In this document: positions 52,600 to 64,000 of the stretch, piece by piece
Layout of the letters: each line of letters opens with the position of its first letter
How positions within the stretch are numbered: the first letter of the stretch is position 1
Assembly (NCBI GenBank): GCA_000934665.2
Contig: JYFJ02000610.1
Span: 1 to 64,000, forward strand
Direction of reading: 5' to 3'
DNA from: Catajapyx aquilonaris
Lineage: Eukaryota
DNA: 64,000 nt
Notes under the pieces: model-generated
Databases searched by the model: none
What the model saw: only the letters and a program-made list of their open reading frames with translations
What the model was told of the DNA's origin: nothing
Made by a program: the position numbers and the translations under genes

Positions 52600-53440
52600 T
52601 ACGACCAGTCCATGTTTAAGACGGCGTGGGTGTGTAACGGCCGTTAACGGTCCAATATGATGAGACATGCCCAGCATATTTGTCTGCTTAAGAAGTGTCT
52701 ACTGATGAAGTGTCTACTAAAGAAGTGTCCATGTTTACTAAAGAAGTGTCCATGTTTACTAAAGAAGTGTCCATGTTTACTAAAGAAGTGTCCATGTTTA
52801 CTAAAGAAGTGTCCATGTTTACTAAAGAAGTGTCCATGTTTACTAAAGAAGTGTCCACTACAGAAGTGTCCATGGTTACTAAAGAAGTGTCCACTACAGA
52901 AGTATCCATGTGTACTAAGAAGTGTCCACTATAGAAGTTTCCATACCAAATCGGAGGACCCCTATTGGTCTACTCAGTTAGCTGTGCCATTGCGCGGGGT
53001 GAGAATTACAAGGTTGTAACTACATAGGATTTTCATTGCAGTTACGACCTTGTAACCGACGTGGGTGTGTAACGGCCGTTAACAGTCCAATATGATGGGG
53101 GCATGGCCAGCATATTTTTGTCCACTTAAGAGATGTCTACTAATATTGTTTACTGATGAAATGTCTACTAAAGAAGTGTCCACTATAGAAGTTTCCATGT
53201 TTCCTAGAAATAGGACTTCTTTAGTAAACATGGACACTTCTTTAGTAAACACTTCTTTAGTAGACACTTCATCAGTAGACACTTCGTAAGTAGACATTTC
53301 TTTAGTAGGCACCTCTTAAGTGGACAAATGTGCTGGCCATGTCCCATCACGTTTGGCCGTTAACGGCCGTTACACACCCACGCTGTCTGCCTAGATGACC
53401 AATGGCACATCCAACTGAGCAGACCAATAGGGTTCCTCCA
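52600..53440. repeat. complex direct plus inverted repeat containing a 21-bp tandem array (ACTAAAGAAGTGTCCATGTTT)
   Basis: 21-mer array at ~52716-52920. Block GTGGGTGTGTAACGGCCGTTAAC at 52626(+), 53061(+) and ~53360-53380(-). The segment 52953-53440 forms a foldback. Confidence 0.85.
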
Positions 53441-54650
53441 GTATGACGCATCCCGCTGAGACGTCTAAGAGGGGAGGATTATAGGTCCAAGTCTGAGACC
53501 GTGTCCTAACTTTTCGGTTTCCTTTCTCCCCATCTCTCTTGAGGGAAGAAGGAAAAAAAAAATCCGATACCGCAACCTGCTGTTGCGTTTATCCTCAACA
53601 AGCAGACCTCCCCAAGCTTCCTTCTCCCCCCCTCCCCCTTTGCATGAAACATGGACTTCTTGGCAAAGTTCAACTTATGGGAGCATTAATTCAGCGCCAA
53701 ACAGAAATCGTAGGGACCCAGCTGAGGCAGAGACAAATCCTGGCCAACAATCGACGATTTGTTTCGATGACTGAGACGAATACTGGGATTATGTGGAGGG
53801 AAGGTCCAAGGGATCTACTCTATTCAGATAGCACAGTTCGTGACCTGCCTGACATAAAGCTGATGGACACAATTCCTGTATAGCTTCCTATATGTAGGGC
53901 ACTTTATTGTTAGTCCGTTTGTGAATAATTTTTAAAATAAATTTAAAATATATTTTCTGGAGGTACTGGACGTATATGTATGACACTATTGTGTTAGGCC
54001 ATTTGTAAATAAACAATTTGTACAAAATTTGAACCAAAAATATTTCCTGAAGGTACTACATGTATACCGATTTAATAAGACATACCATTGGCTCCAAATT
54101 CTTTGAAGAATTTTTTCCCTTATTGAAAATTCCAGCATGATACTAGGCAAATACTTGGCTGTTTTTTGGGGGGGCTATTTTCTTGGTCTATGGTAAAAGA
54201 TGCGAGTGAATTAGATTCGTGAGATCAGTAGACTGCAAAATGTTATTCTCATCAGTCATTTTGCTACACGGAGAGGATTATGCCGAAGCCCTTATTAGAA
54301 TGCATGAAGGCTTCGAGGTAAGGAGGGAAAGATTACACGGTGCACTGTAGGGGCTTTTTGGGGGAAAGGGGGTATGGAAGGGGGAGGAGACTAAAAGGTG
54401 AGAACCCTCACTGCTGCTTTTGCTTTTGATGTCGGAAGCCGCCAATGAAGGAAATTTCTACTGAGATGAGGTGGTAGTGTAGCGTGATGCCCCTCGGACC
54501 CGTTTCAATCCGATGGTGTTTTCCTTTAAAAAAATATTTAGTTCAGGTGGGAACCACCTAGCAGGTAAAAAAAAATTCAAAGCATAATTAGGGCTCAAAG
54601 TATAGGTGTTAGAATAAGTGCAAATATTTGATAACTCAATCCAGGTCATG

Positions 54651-54706
54651 GTTACCCTGAGGGCTCAGTCCTAGCATGGGGTAATAAATAAATAAATAAA
54701 TAAATA
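54651..54706 (+). mobile_element. tail-only retroposon insertion
   Basis: CCCTGAGGGCTC...CTAGCATGGGGTA(ATAA)n is flanked by AATCCAGGTCATG / AATCCAGTTCATG. Confidence 0.65.
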
Positions 54707-54759
54707 AATCCAGTTCATGCCTCAAATTTTCATTCGAGAAATTGTCTTGGAATGAATTT

Positions 54760-55170
54760 TTTAAAATATTGTTTTCATTTCATGTCGAATATTTATTTTC
54801 ATATTATTTTTCATATTAATTTACTTTCATTTTTGATGTTTATTTTCATATTATTTGTGACATTTATTTTCATATTATTTTTGACATTTATTTATTTTTG
54901 TTTAATTATCAATTAATTGTTTCATTCAATTATAATTCTTTATTTGCTTATTTATTTATTCTTTATTTACTTACTTATTTATTATTATTTAATTGGTCAT
55001 TTTCATTAATATTTATTTATTCATTCATTCATTCATTTATTGGTATTAAATTATTATTATTTATCTATTAGCATTAAATTATTTTAAAAATATTTATTCA
55101 TTTGATTTCTAAGATTTATTTATTTTCATTTTAGTTTCATTTTAAAAATATTTATTAATTCGTTTTAGTA
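54760..55170. repeat. T-rich low-complexity tract
   Basis: Degenerate (ATTT)n. Confidence 0.8.
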
Positions 55171-55889
55171 CCGTATGTTCCTGGCCCCCTTTGTTTTCTT
55201 CCCAGTGATGAGTTTGGTCCATAAGCCCTCAAAAATGGCGTTTCCGAATTTCCGATGTAGTTGACCGCATGGCCTTTACCACTAGCCAGGCCTGATTGAA
55301 TCGCTTTGTAGTGCGCTTCGTTTAGGCGGATACCACTACCATTTAGCCCAGATTAAAGAGCTTCCGGAGATGAGGATTGGACTGGATATTTGCGGTAAGA
55401 GCCATATTTCGATATCATCATCACACACCAATAGCATTTGAACTTCTTCATTAAAGTGAAGGAATTGCCATGGCTTCCCATACACACAGCACGTGTAGGG
55501 CATGCAAAAGTAGTATAATCTGGAAGCGCTAACTCAAAACATGAATGGCAATTATTAATTATCTGTGTCATGAACGACAAGCGTTATGACACCGCATCAA
55601 CAATAATTATTATACAGCGGCCGTAAATTTTGCAGGAAGAGATTATGGTAAAGCTTTGGTGTGGAGGGTTTGCTGTGAAATGAGGGGACATGGTGACTAT
55701 AAAATAGTGCAGGTATTTTTTTTTACAGCTGGTGAGCCTTTAATGATTAATTAGTATGGAAAATTCGATATTAATGAAACCTCTAAGTAGTTTTACAGAG
55801 ATTTTCAATCAATATGTGCTGGCTTTGAAATAGTATGAATTTTCAGTAGGCCCAGTTATTTAATTGGATTATTTTACCAAACTTGTTTT

Positions 55890-56260
55890 TGAACTACTAA
55901 TAAAACTAATGAAACTAAAACTGACAAAATAAATATACTAACTGTATTACTAATAAAACTGTAGCTATTACTAATAAAACTGTATTACTAATAAAATAAA
56001 TAAATAAACTAACTGTATTACTAATAAAATAAATAAATAAACTAACCGTATTACTAATAAAATAAATAATGAAAACTAATGAAAATAATTGAATAAATAA
56101 ATAATGAAAACTAATGAAAATAATTGAATAAATAAATAATGAAAACTAATGAAAATAATTGAATAAATAAATAATGAAAACTAATGAAAATAATTGAATA
56201 GAAATAAATAAATATTTAACTCTAATAAATAAAATAATAACAAACTATATAAATGAAAAT
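55890..56260. repeat. A-rich minisatellite (ACTAATAAAATAAATAAATA; 36-bp AATGAAAACTAATGAAAATAATTGAATAAATAAAT units)
   Basis: Directly visible. Confidence 0.85.
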
Positions 56261-56267
56261 TAACTAT

Positions 56268-56732
56268 TAATTAATAATTTAATCATGGTTAGCGTAACAT
56301 AATTATATTATTAGAATTTTCAATTTTTAGTTTAATTTATTAATTTATTATTTGTATTTATTATTTATTAGTTGGTTTATTAGTTTTTATGTTTGTTTAT
56401 TTATATTTATTTTTAGGTTTTATTTATTAGCTAATTTTAATTTATTAGCTAGGTTTATTTATTATTTATTTATTTATTGGGCTTAATTAATAATCCTAGT
56501 AAATAAACAAATAATAAATAAAATAAATAAAACCTAAAAATAAATATAAATAAACATGAAAACTAATATAATAAATAAAACCTAAAAATAAATCTAAATA
56601 AACATGAAAACTAATACACTAACTAATAAAATAATAAATACAAATTATAAATTAATAAATTAAACTAAACATCGAAAATTCTAATAATATATAATTATGT
56701 TACGCAAACCATGACTAAATGATCAATTAATT
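56268..56732. repeat. AT-rich inverted repeat (~460-bp foldback)
   Basis: TCATGGTTAGCGTAACATAATTATAT.ATTAGAATTTTC (56283-) is inverted as GAAAATTCTAATAATATATAATTATGTTACGCAAACCATGA (-56714). Confidence 0.8.
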
Positions 56733-57299
56733 CAACTCCATAATTTCCAGTAAATTTTCTAACCCCTCCTAAAATAACATGCACAACGACTCTCATTCCC
56801 CATCAAGGTATTTCCACTGTCACATTACCTTAGCAAAAAGGAAACATGTTAATCCCCTAATCTCAGATCATTCCCTCTCCCTTTCATTTCGAGCGCGAAT
56901 GACTCCGGACGTTCTTAATAGTAATTTACTTGGAAGTGTAGCGTAAAAAAGAGGTCTTTTTTTGAAAAGCACGTGGGGATGGAGATTTGCATTCCCTCCC
57001 CTGGCAACCCCACCAAAAGAAGAGCAAGTCCTCCCCCCCCCCTCCCCCACTTCCTACCACATGACGCAGCGTTCCACCAAAATCCACAATGGCCGCCATG
57101 AATATGCATCAAGTTCGGGGGCTCCGAGTTGGGTCTGATTTTTCACCAAGAGCGAAGAAGAGTGGTGATGTGTGTTATAGGACGCGGTGATGTGTGTGGT
57201 ATTAAAACCCCTTCTAAAGCCCCGAGTCTACGGCGAACTTTCAAATATTGGCGCTCGAATTAGGTTGGCCCCAATTGGTCCGGTTGTGAATCAAGCTTA

Positions 57300-57520
57300 T
57301 CTATAATATTAAAATCCTTGCTGGAGTTGGCCGAGCCCTCTGATTGGTCCGCCGCATATTGTTACCGCCACCTCCCCATTGGCCCGCGTTCTACTCATGC
57401 GCAATGGGGTGTAAACAACCCCTGTTGGGTTGCCGGGGAAACTGTCAATTCCCCGGCGATATGGTGCGCCGAATAGGTACCCCAGGCCGTAGGCCTAGAA
57501 AAGAGCGAGCGTTTTCCTAG
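57300..57520 (+). mobile_element. short non-autonomous Helitron-like element
   Basis: A|TCTATAATATTAAA start, subterminal hairpin AGGCC-GTA-GGCCT, CTAG|T end, no TSD. Related to 486-714. Confidence 0.72.
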
Positions 57521-58386
57521 TGATGGTTATAAAATGATACAAAATAATTTATCTAAATTTTTAATGCTGATCCAGATGTCTAACAGTTTTCACTAATATA
57601 TTAATTTAAAAATTTAACTATTAAATTCAGATATTTGGCTAGAAAGTTCTGTTTCCAATTATCCAATAATTCAAGTCTAGTTTTGACATTCCACGTTGAC
57701 GATCTTAATCGCCCCTGGGCCCAAGCCTAGGTCCCGTTTGACTACAAACTGCTGTCCATTTACCAGTGCAGAGTGCGTAACTTTAGAGGGCTAAAGTAAC
57801 CTGTTGGGAATGCAACTATTTTGACTCTCTCGCAACCTCCACTGACGGAAATAAATTCTCCACTGCGGAATTCTAATTGCGCCACACTTACATTGTTAGT
57901 AGCACGGTTGGGGTACCCGAGGATATAGCACTGGGAGTGAAAACAATCCCAGGGAAAAATTTAATTAACCACATAGTCTCGGATCAAAAATGGCAGCAGG
58001 GAGAGAGAAAAAACGCATGCCTGGACTGCTGCTCCAATAATGTACACAGGTAGAGGGATGTTTACGGGCACTTGCTAGTGCATGAATGTATGGTATTTTC
58101 CAAAATCTAGTCAAAAACAGGTGAGCAGGTGAAATTTTCCTAAGGGTAGTAAAGTTTGATTAATGGCAAGCTTATATGATATAATGCTCATTATGATCAC
58201 ATTTATTATAATTAAGTGTTATCACACAACACTGGAATCGTGTAGACTTGTCACTAGGGCTGTGCGATATCCGAAATTGCAAATCGACTTTCGATACCGG
58301 TACTAAAAATATCGAATCGAAGTCGATATATATAAAATCGAAAAACTGACATCGAAAACCGACATCGAACCGACATCGAATAATAT

Positions 58387-58809
58387 TTAATTTAATTTAA
58401 TTTTTAATTTAATTTGTACCCCGTGCTAGAGCCATGGGCTCTCTTAGGGGGGTGGGATACCACCATTTTAAAGGAGGCCATGTCCGCGCAATTTTTAGGG
58501 GGGAGGGGGCAGGTAAGAAATTGTCCGCTTCTGTCCGCAAAGGGGAGGGGGGGAGGTAAAAAAGTGAAAAAATCTGTCCGCGCGGATTATGGACGGCCCC
58601 TTTTTATTTTTTCCTTATTGGGGATGGGACAGGGACGGAAGGAAGCGGCTGTGGCCTATAATTACGGACACGACACCGGAATTGTCCTGGTGGGACCATG
58701 GAAAACCACAGAAAACCACGGTCAGGGTCGGCGGCCCCCGGGGTTCGAACCCAGGACCTCCCGATTAGCAGTCGGATACCACATCCCCTCCGCTACCACT
58801 GCTTCGGTT
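58387..58809 (-). mobile_element. tRNA-derived SINE (family B) with a (TTAAA)n tail
   Basis: Minus strand shows B-box GGTTCGAACCCC, body GGTTTTCTGTGGTTTTCC...GGCCACAGCCGCTTCCTTCC and tail. Perfect 15-bp TSD GACATCGAATAATAT (58372-58386, 58810-58824). Probably contains a small DNA-element remnant at ~58464-58602. Confidence 0.8.
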
Positions 58810-58959
58810 GACATCGAATAATATCGAAAACCGACATCGAAAAATATCGAAAACCTACATCGAAAAATCGCGATATTCAATACATCGCACATGCCAAGCG
58901 TCGCATATCGCAACTTCGATATTAGGAATATATCGTATCTACAGTCGATGTATCGAAAT

Positions 58960-59366
58960 CCAGTTTGACTCGCCAAGCAGAGTCAGTTCACTCTCCAAAC
59001 TAGTCGCCTGACTCCTCAGGGGAGTCAAAGGACCACCCCTCCCCGAACTGCTCTGACTATCCTGGCGGGTCCACTGATGACCCTGGGGAGTCCCTCGACC
59101 ATCCTGGCGAGTCACAGGACACCCCAGAGGAGTCAAATTACTCACCTTTATAATACGTATAATAATATAAGTTTATAAAGGTGAGTAATTTGACTCCTCT
59201 TGGGTGTCCTGTGGCTCGCCAGGATGGTCAAGGGACTCCCCAGGGTCATCAGTGGACCCGCCAGGATAGTCAGAGCTGTTCGGGGAGGTGTGGTCCTTTG
59301 ACTCCCCTGAGGAGTCAGGCGACTAGTTTGGAGAGTGAACTGACTCTGCTTGGCGAGTCAAACTGG
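58960..59366. mobile_element. foldback element with ~190-bp TIRs and an apparent AT target duplication
   Basis: CCAGTTTGACTCGCCAAGCAGAGTCAG...CTCACCTTTATA and its reverse complement at ~59176-59366, with a short AT-rich spacer. Host GAA-AT-ATCG became GAA-AT-[element]-AT-ATCG. Confidence 0.85.
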
Positions 59367-60200
59367 ATATCGTCACCAGACTACCATAGCGTGTCACCTG
59401 ACGCGGCCATTTTTCTGTGTGTATACTATTTTTGTCTGGAACTGGAATAGCCTACTTTCAAATCCCACAAAATCCCGGAATGACCACTTATACGATATTG
59501 TAAAGCGGTGGCAAGGAATCCAACGGTGCAAGTCCGAGGTCTCTCCGACGTCGGAACATCTGTGGTATAAGCATTGCCAAGTCACATGTGAAGAAGACGT
59601 ACCATTTGCGTATATCGATTCACTCACCCTCCCTTCCCCTGATTGTCCCCACACATGGCTCATTCCCATGATTAGATCATTCACAATCACCCCCCTCTCC
59701 CTAAGGAAAAGAACCGTTCGTAGCCTTACTTCACCACAAAAAAATTATATAATAATGGGTGTGGATAGCCATATTGGAGCCCAAAAGGCCCTTAGGGAAG
59801 ATAGGAAAAGGGTATTACCACCAGGTTCAGTGCTTTTCTCTTAACGTGTGGTTTTGGGGGGGGGGGGTACCTCCAATGAACTTTCCTCACATCTCCTGTC
59901 CNTGGAATGCGATGGCCACCTCCATTTTCTTAGGCTTTAACCTCACAGCCAGACCTCCAGATTACGCTCCAAAGATTGATTAGGGAGAGGGGATGGAGAA
60001 AGGAAGCCAAGAAGAGGAGTAGGAAGGGGGGGGGGGGGTCTGGACCATGATCCGGAAAATCTTTTGTCAGGGAATAGGAAGGGAGCCTTCGAGTGTATCC
60101 TTCCGTCTGTTAGGGGAATTGCAAAGGCTGTCAAGGAGTTGTTGTCCTAGGCTGGTGTTTATTTTTTGGCTTTTTGGCTTTCATCCAGATTAGGGTTAAA

Positions 60201-60249
60201 ATTCGAGCGGTAGATGTCGCTTATGGCCAGCGACATCTACCGCTCGAAT
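60201..60249. repeat. perfect 21-bp-stem hairpin
   Basis: ATTCGAGCGGTAGATGTCGCT-TATGGCC-AGCGACATCTACCGCTCGAAT. Confidence 0.9.
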
Positions 60250-60368
60250 ACCTTGAATTATTTGCAATTTCTGCCTACAACTTCACAAAAAATTTTAACG
60301 AATTGTTAGTGGCCTAGGCTTGTGGCAATCAAGTGGGAACTGAGAGGGAATAAAGTAGAGGGAATGAC

Positions 60369-60982
60369 TAGTAAACTACTGTATACGGATATACCAGACT
60401 TCAAGGGACCACGACAACCAGTCTGTTATAAGTCAGTGGCGCATGCAGAATTTTCTCTTGGAGGGAGGGGCGGGCTGTCTCAAATTTTTGTACGTGTTCC
60501 AGGTTACACAAGCTTAGGTGAATGTAACTGACAAAGTACAGTGGAATCCGCCAACTGTAAGCCCATCGGATATAAATAAGTAGAAAGATCGGTCCCTTCA
60601 TATTTCCAGCACCCATAGAACGCATAGAACAATGCAATTTTGCTCTGTTCTATAGGGTTTTTGAGCCCCCCCCCCCCTTTCTCTTGGGGGGGGGGGCATT
60701 CGGCTATAACAGACCTNAAAAGACCTTGGTTATAACTTACCCCCTGGCGCACCCCGGGGGGGGGGGGGGTACGGGTTAACCCCCCCTTTTTTTCTAGGGG
60801 GGAGGGGTGTTGTGTTAACCCGTACCCCCCCCCCCTTCCCCGTGGGTGCGCCAGTGTATAAGTTAAACCAACATCTGTTATAGCCGAATGCACTTCATAT
60901 ATTAAGCATGCCACCGACCTTTCGCGTCTGTTTTAACCGAAAGTCTGCTATAACCGAGGCTGTTATATCCGGATTCAACTAT
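60369..60982. mobile_element. cluster of degenerate, nested pogo/Tigger-like and hAT-like MITE fragments
   Basis: TACAGTGGAATCCG (~60537) pairs with CGGATTCAACTATA (~60970). CAGTGGCGCA (60434) and TGCGCCAGTG (60847-60856). GTTATAAC-type internal repeats. Confidence 0.4.
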
Positions 60983-61050
60983 AATACATTGATTGGAGTT
61001 AACAGGGGAGGGGAGGGGGAGGGGAGGGAAGAGAGATATGTTCAAATCAA

Positions 61051-61305
61051 GGGAGGCATGGTGGTCTGGTGGTCACCCCACGGCACTGGCCAGCCAAGCG
61101 GGAGGCCGGGGTTCAAATCCCGTCCCCGTCACCTCTGCTTGGCGGGGTCTTTTTCCGCTTTTCACGACATGCCTGGCAGAATTGCACTCCCTACTCTGCC
61201 CAGGGCCAGGAGAAAAGGTCCTGTGTATTTCACAAAGTCAGAAATGAAAGTCAGTTACAACCCCCCTCCCTTGGGAACCGCCCCTTCCCCCCAATAAGGG
61301 GGAGC
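61051..61305 (+). mobile_element. tRNA-derived SINE (family A), 3' end degenerate
   Basis: Aligns with 31009-31260. B-box GGTTCAAATCCC. Confidence 0.88.
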
Positions 61306-61961
61306 AAGAGATACCGAGCCCCTAGTCCACCCCATATTTTTGGTGTCCCTCGCTCCGGGGGTCAAGTTGGGACGTGGGACCACATGGTCGGATGTACAGG
61401 AGGCTGAGGTTTCCTACCAATTTTGACTGAAAATATTTCACCAATTTCTCTGTGCATTTTTTGGGACAAGGTGCGAAAAAAGTGGCAGAATCCTCTAGAT
61501 GTTTTCTTTCCAGTTGACGTCCGTGGTACACTTCCAGAGTGCTTCCCGTTTGTGCATACAAGTGAGCTAGTCGAATTCCCATTTTGCAGGAGTGCTGTAA
61601 AAAGGAGCGGCGAATCCGCTTTTGCGCCAAGAGGGAAAAAGCTTTAAGCAAATGGTGAGCGATCTCAAAAGAAGGCTTCTCTACAAGAAGAATTCTCTTT
61701 TCCTTCTTTCTACCTCCAGGGAGCCAGCTTGCAAAAGTTCCCTCGAGCTTAACTCGTCAAAAATTTTCCGTTTTTTTTTTCAACGTTCTTTCCATTCAGA
61801 AGCGACTTGATAACGCTGAAAAGTATTAGAAGCTCGCCATCTCTTAATGAAACTGAATATGAAAGGGGTATTAAACGCGACCTTCGGGCGTGAAGCTAAT
61901 CCTTACTCTTTGTCAATGTTAGCCATCTAATATGCTTCAAGATGCAATTTTTTGGGGGAAA

Positions 61962-62203
61962 ATATTGAGGAAGGTTACTACTTTGCTATTAATCAGTGAA
62001 AAACTATCCTATAGGATTGTTTTTCACTGATTAATGGCATTAATGCTTTGCCTGCTTTGCTACTTTGCCATTAATCAGTGAAAAACTATCCTATAGGATA
62101 GTTTTTCACTGATTAATGGCAAAGCAGTAACCTTCCTCAATATGAATGCTATTAATCAGGGAAAAACTATCCCATAGGATAGTTTTTCCCCTGATTAATG
62201 GCA
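61962..62203. repeat. tandem array of three ~56-62-bp palindromes with an outer inverted repeat
   Basis: TTAATCAGTGAAAAACTATCCTA|TAGGATAGTTTTTCACTGATTAA occurs three times. 62063-62124 is a perfect 62-bp palindrome. Confidence 0.92.
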
Positions 62204-62639
62204 AGAGCAGGTTTTTGAGGGGAGATATTCGGTTTTGTGTGATCGATACTTGAAACGTTGCACTCTGGCCAACAGCTGGCGCCATTTCTGCTGCACAAGT
62301 CTTCCTCCCAGCGCGAAAATTGACTTTTCTAAAAGTACCGACTTGTTGTAACGACTCAGGCAATAAAAAAACTGGGGGGGTCTGGGAAACTAACCAGGAG
62401 AGAAAAGCTGACCCTAGAGTTTGGGGTGGATGGAAATGGATGCCTTTTGCTTCGTTCGATCCAACAAGCTCCCTCTACCAGAATCTCATATTGCCAAAAA
62501 GGTACCTCCGGCACCAAATCTGCCAAAAAATTTGGATCGATTTCTATGAATTTTTGTTTCATCCATGACCTGTGGTTTATTGACTTCCACCATATTATTC
62601 AGTGCTATAAAAGGGGGTGTGGAGTTAGGAAGTGGAGGA

Positions 62640-62960
62640 GATGATAGTATCGACAGGGTATGATTTATGAAAAGCCTTATAAAACAGATTTGCAAAGTAT
62701 TCGTACAGGTAAGAAAATATTTAATAAATGAAATTATAAGTAGCCCTAACATATAAAAATGTAAAAAAAAGTATTTAAAAATTTATTATTTAAATGTACC
62801 GTACGGTTGATGATAATATCGACAGTGCTCTAATTTATGTAGTGTTTTATAAAACAGCTAAAAATGCAAAAGTTGTGCAGGTAAGAAATATTTAACTAAT
62901 TAAATATAAATAATCAATATTGGATGAACATATGAAAATGTAAGAAGCGCATTTTAAAAT
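62640..62960. repeat. degenerate direct duplication (~170 bp)
   Basis: GATGATA.TATCGACAG...TTATAAAACAG...CAGGTAAGAAA.ATTTAA occurs at ~62640 and ~62809. Confidence 0.7.
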
Positions 62961-64000
62961 AATTGAAGAGGAATTGAACAGGTAAAAAAAATCGTTAATA
63001 TTGATGAACCTGCAAAAATCGTGCGTCATGCTCACCGTGCATAAAAATTCATTTGGCCCACAATCTTCGGTTGTTTATAATTAAATTACTAATACTAATT
63101 ATTAAACCACAGAATTGAACACTTTTATCAATTTTCTGCTATAAATAATTTAACCTACTTTTTCAATCTATTTTCATATGTAAACAACCTATTAGCGGTC
63201 CATACTACCGTATAATACATAAAAAATGACATGCTAATTTTAAAATTACTGCTAATAAATATTTACTCTCCACATTTATCCAGTTAACTGTAAAGCGTAG
63301 TGGCTAAATTCTCTCTCTACACTATACCCAAAATTCACTTGCACCATGTAGAGGCTTAGGGTACATTAGGCCTGAAAATCCTCCTAGAATTGAAAACACG
63401 TGATCTCAAGCTCAAAGTGAGCCTCTCAATGGCCCTGCTTTCCCTAGACGACCCCCATAAAATCAAGTCTTCAACGTCTCTCATGAAAAGTTCAAACCTG
63501 GATATTATATTACCCTCAAAAAATTCCGACCTAGTTTTCCTTTTACCCTATATAATCCCTATAGGTTTTTCCAACCATTTATGTTACCTTCTGCATAGTT
63601 ATGCTCTTTTGTCTCTACTTCGAATTGCCTAGATAGCTGCCTTAAAACAGAAGTCAGACCATAGTATCATGGGGGGGGGGGGGGGGGGAAGGAGTAAAAT
63701 TTAAACGGAANTAAAGGAGGCCTGTGACATTATTTCACTTCTTGCTCATTATAACTTCCTAGTGTATAGAGAACACTCCTGCGTCTAGATTACCTTTCTG
63801 ACAGAATTACACCTTCATTGTGCTCGGGGAAAATAAAATGCACAAAAGCCTCCGGACTTAAATGACCACCCTGGAGATCTCGGGTTCAGATTTCGGTTAT
63901 AATTGGACCCGGTTCTTGTGGCGACAACAAAACATTCTGTGGTGGAATAAACTCGACCTGGTTTGTAACTAGCGAATAAAAAGTCAATTGTTTTTTTTTA

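Larger units (their letters stand above)
58255..59385. mobile_element. second copy of the TAGGG hAT MITE, interrupted by a SINE and a foldback element
   Basis: 58255-58380 and 58810-58959 match 7552-8300. The right end is degenerate (ATATCGTCACCAGACTA). Confidence 0.8.

Noticed and set aside
52657..53019. Cys/Lys-rich (LLKKCPC)n ORF resembling a metallothionein or structural protein
   Set aside because: It is a 21-bp tandem repeat that is open in multiple frames and on both strands, with no gene context.
59350..59844. 164-aa ORF
   Set aside because: It starts at a non-ATG codon inside a foldback TIR, has no recognisable domain and shows no clear exon evidence.
62063..62124. Resemblance to a protelomerase or hairpin-telomere target site
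   Set aside because: Only the palindromic geometry is similar. There is no resolvase gene or viral/plasmid context.
45469..63711. Single N bases (45469, 59902, 60717, 63711) and long poly-G/C runs
   Set aside because: The Ns lie near homopolymers and are likely sequencing or assembly ambiguities, so fine structure next to them should be treated cautiously.

Overview
This window looks like non-coding, repeat-saturated DNA from a eukaryote, probably an invertebrate animal (inferred from the repeat types), and is most likely intergenic or intronic. It is AT-rich and has no credible protein-coding ORF; several of the longest ORFs are artefacts of minisatellites. There is one structurally complete tRNA-Ala(CGC) gene (39885-39956) with two partial copies nearby. 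Much of the rest is short non-autonomous mobile elements: hAT-type MITEs with 8-bp TSDs (some nested), Tc1/mariner and pogo-type MITEs with TA TSDs, Harbinger-type MITEs, Helitron-like elements, at least three tRNA-derived SINE types, long foldback palindromes, and many micro- and minisatellites. Four patterns stand out. (1) A CAAGGGGTTA-ended hAT MITE group carries different internal minisatellites. (2) Two SINE families with different bodies share one 3' tail, and tail-only insertions with TSDs also occur. (3) TA-(3-5 bp)-TA insertions recur and look like DNA-transposon excision footprints; they are visible by comparing paralogous copies. (4) There are tandem arrays of perfect or near-perfect hairpins. 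I found no operon, CRISPR array or novel protein system. Coordinates were read by eye, and fuzzy repeat boundaries are approximate.
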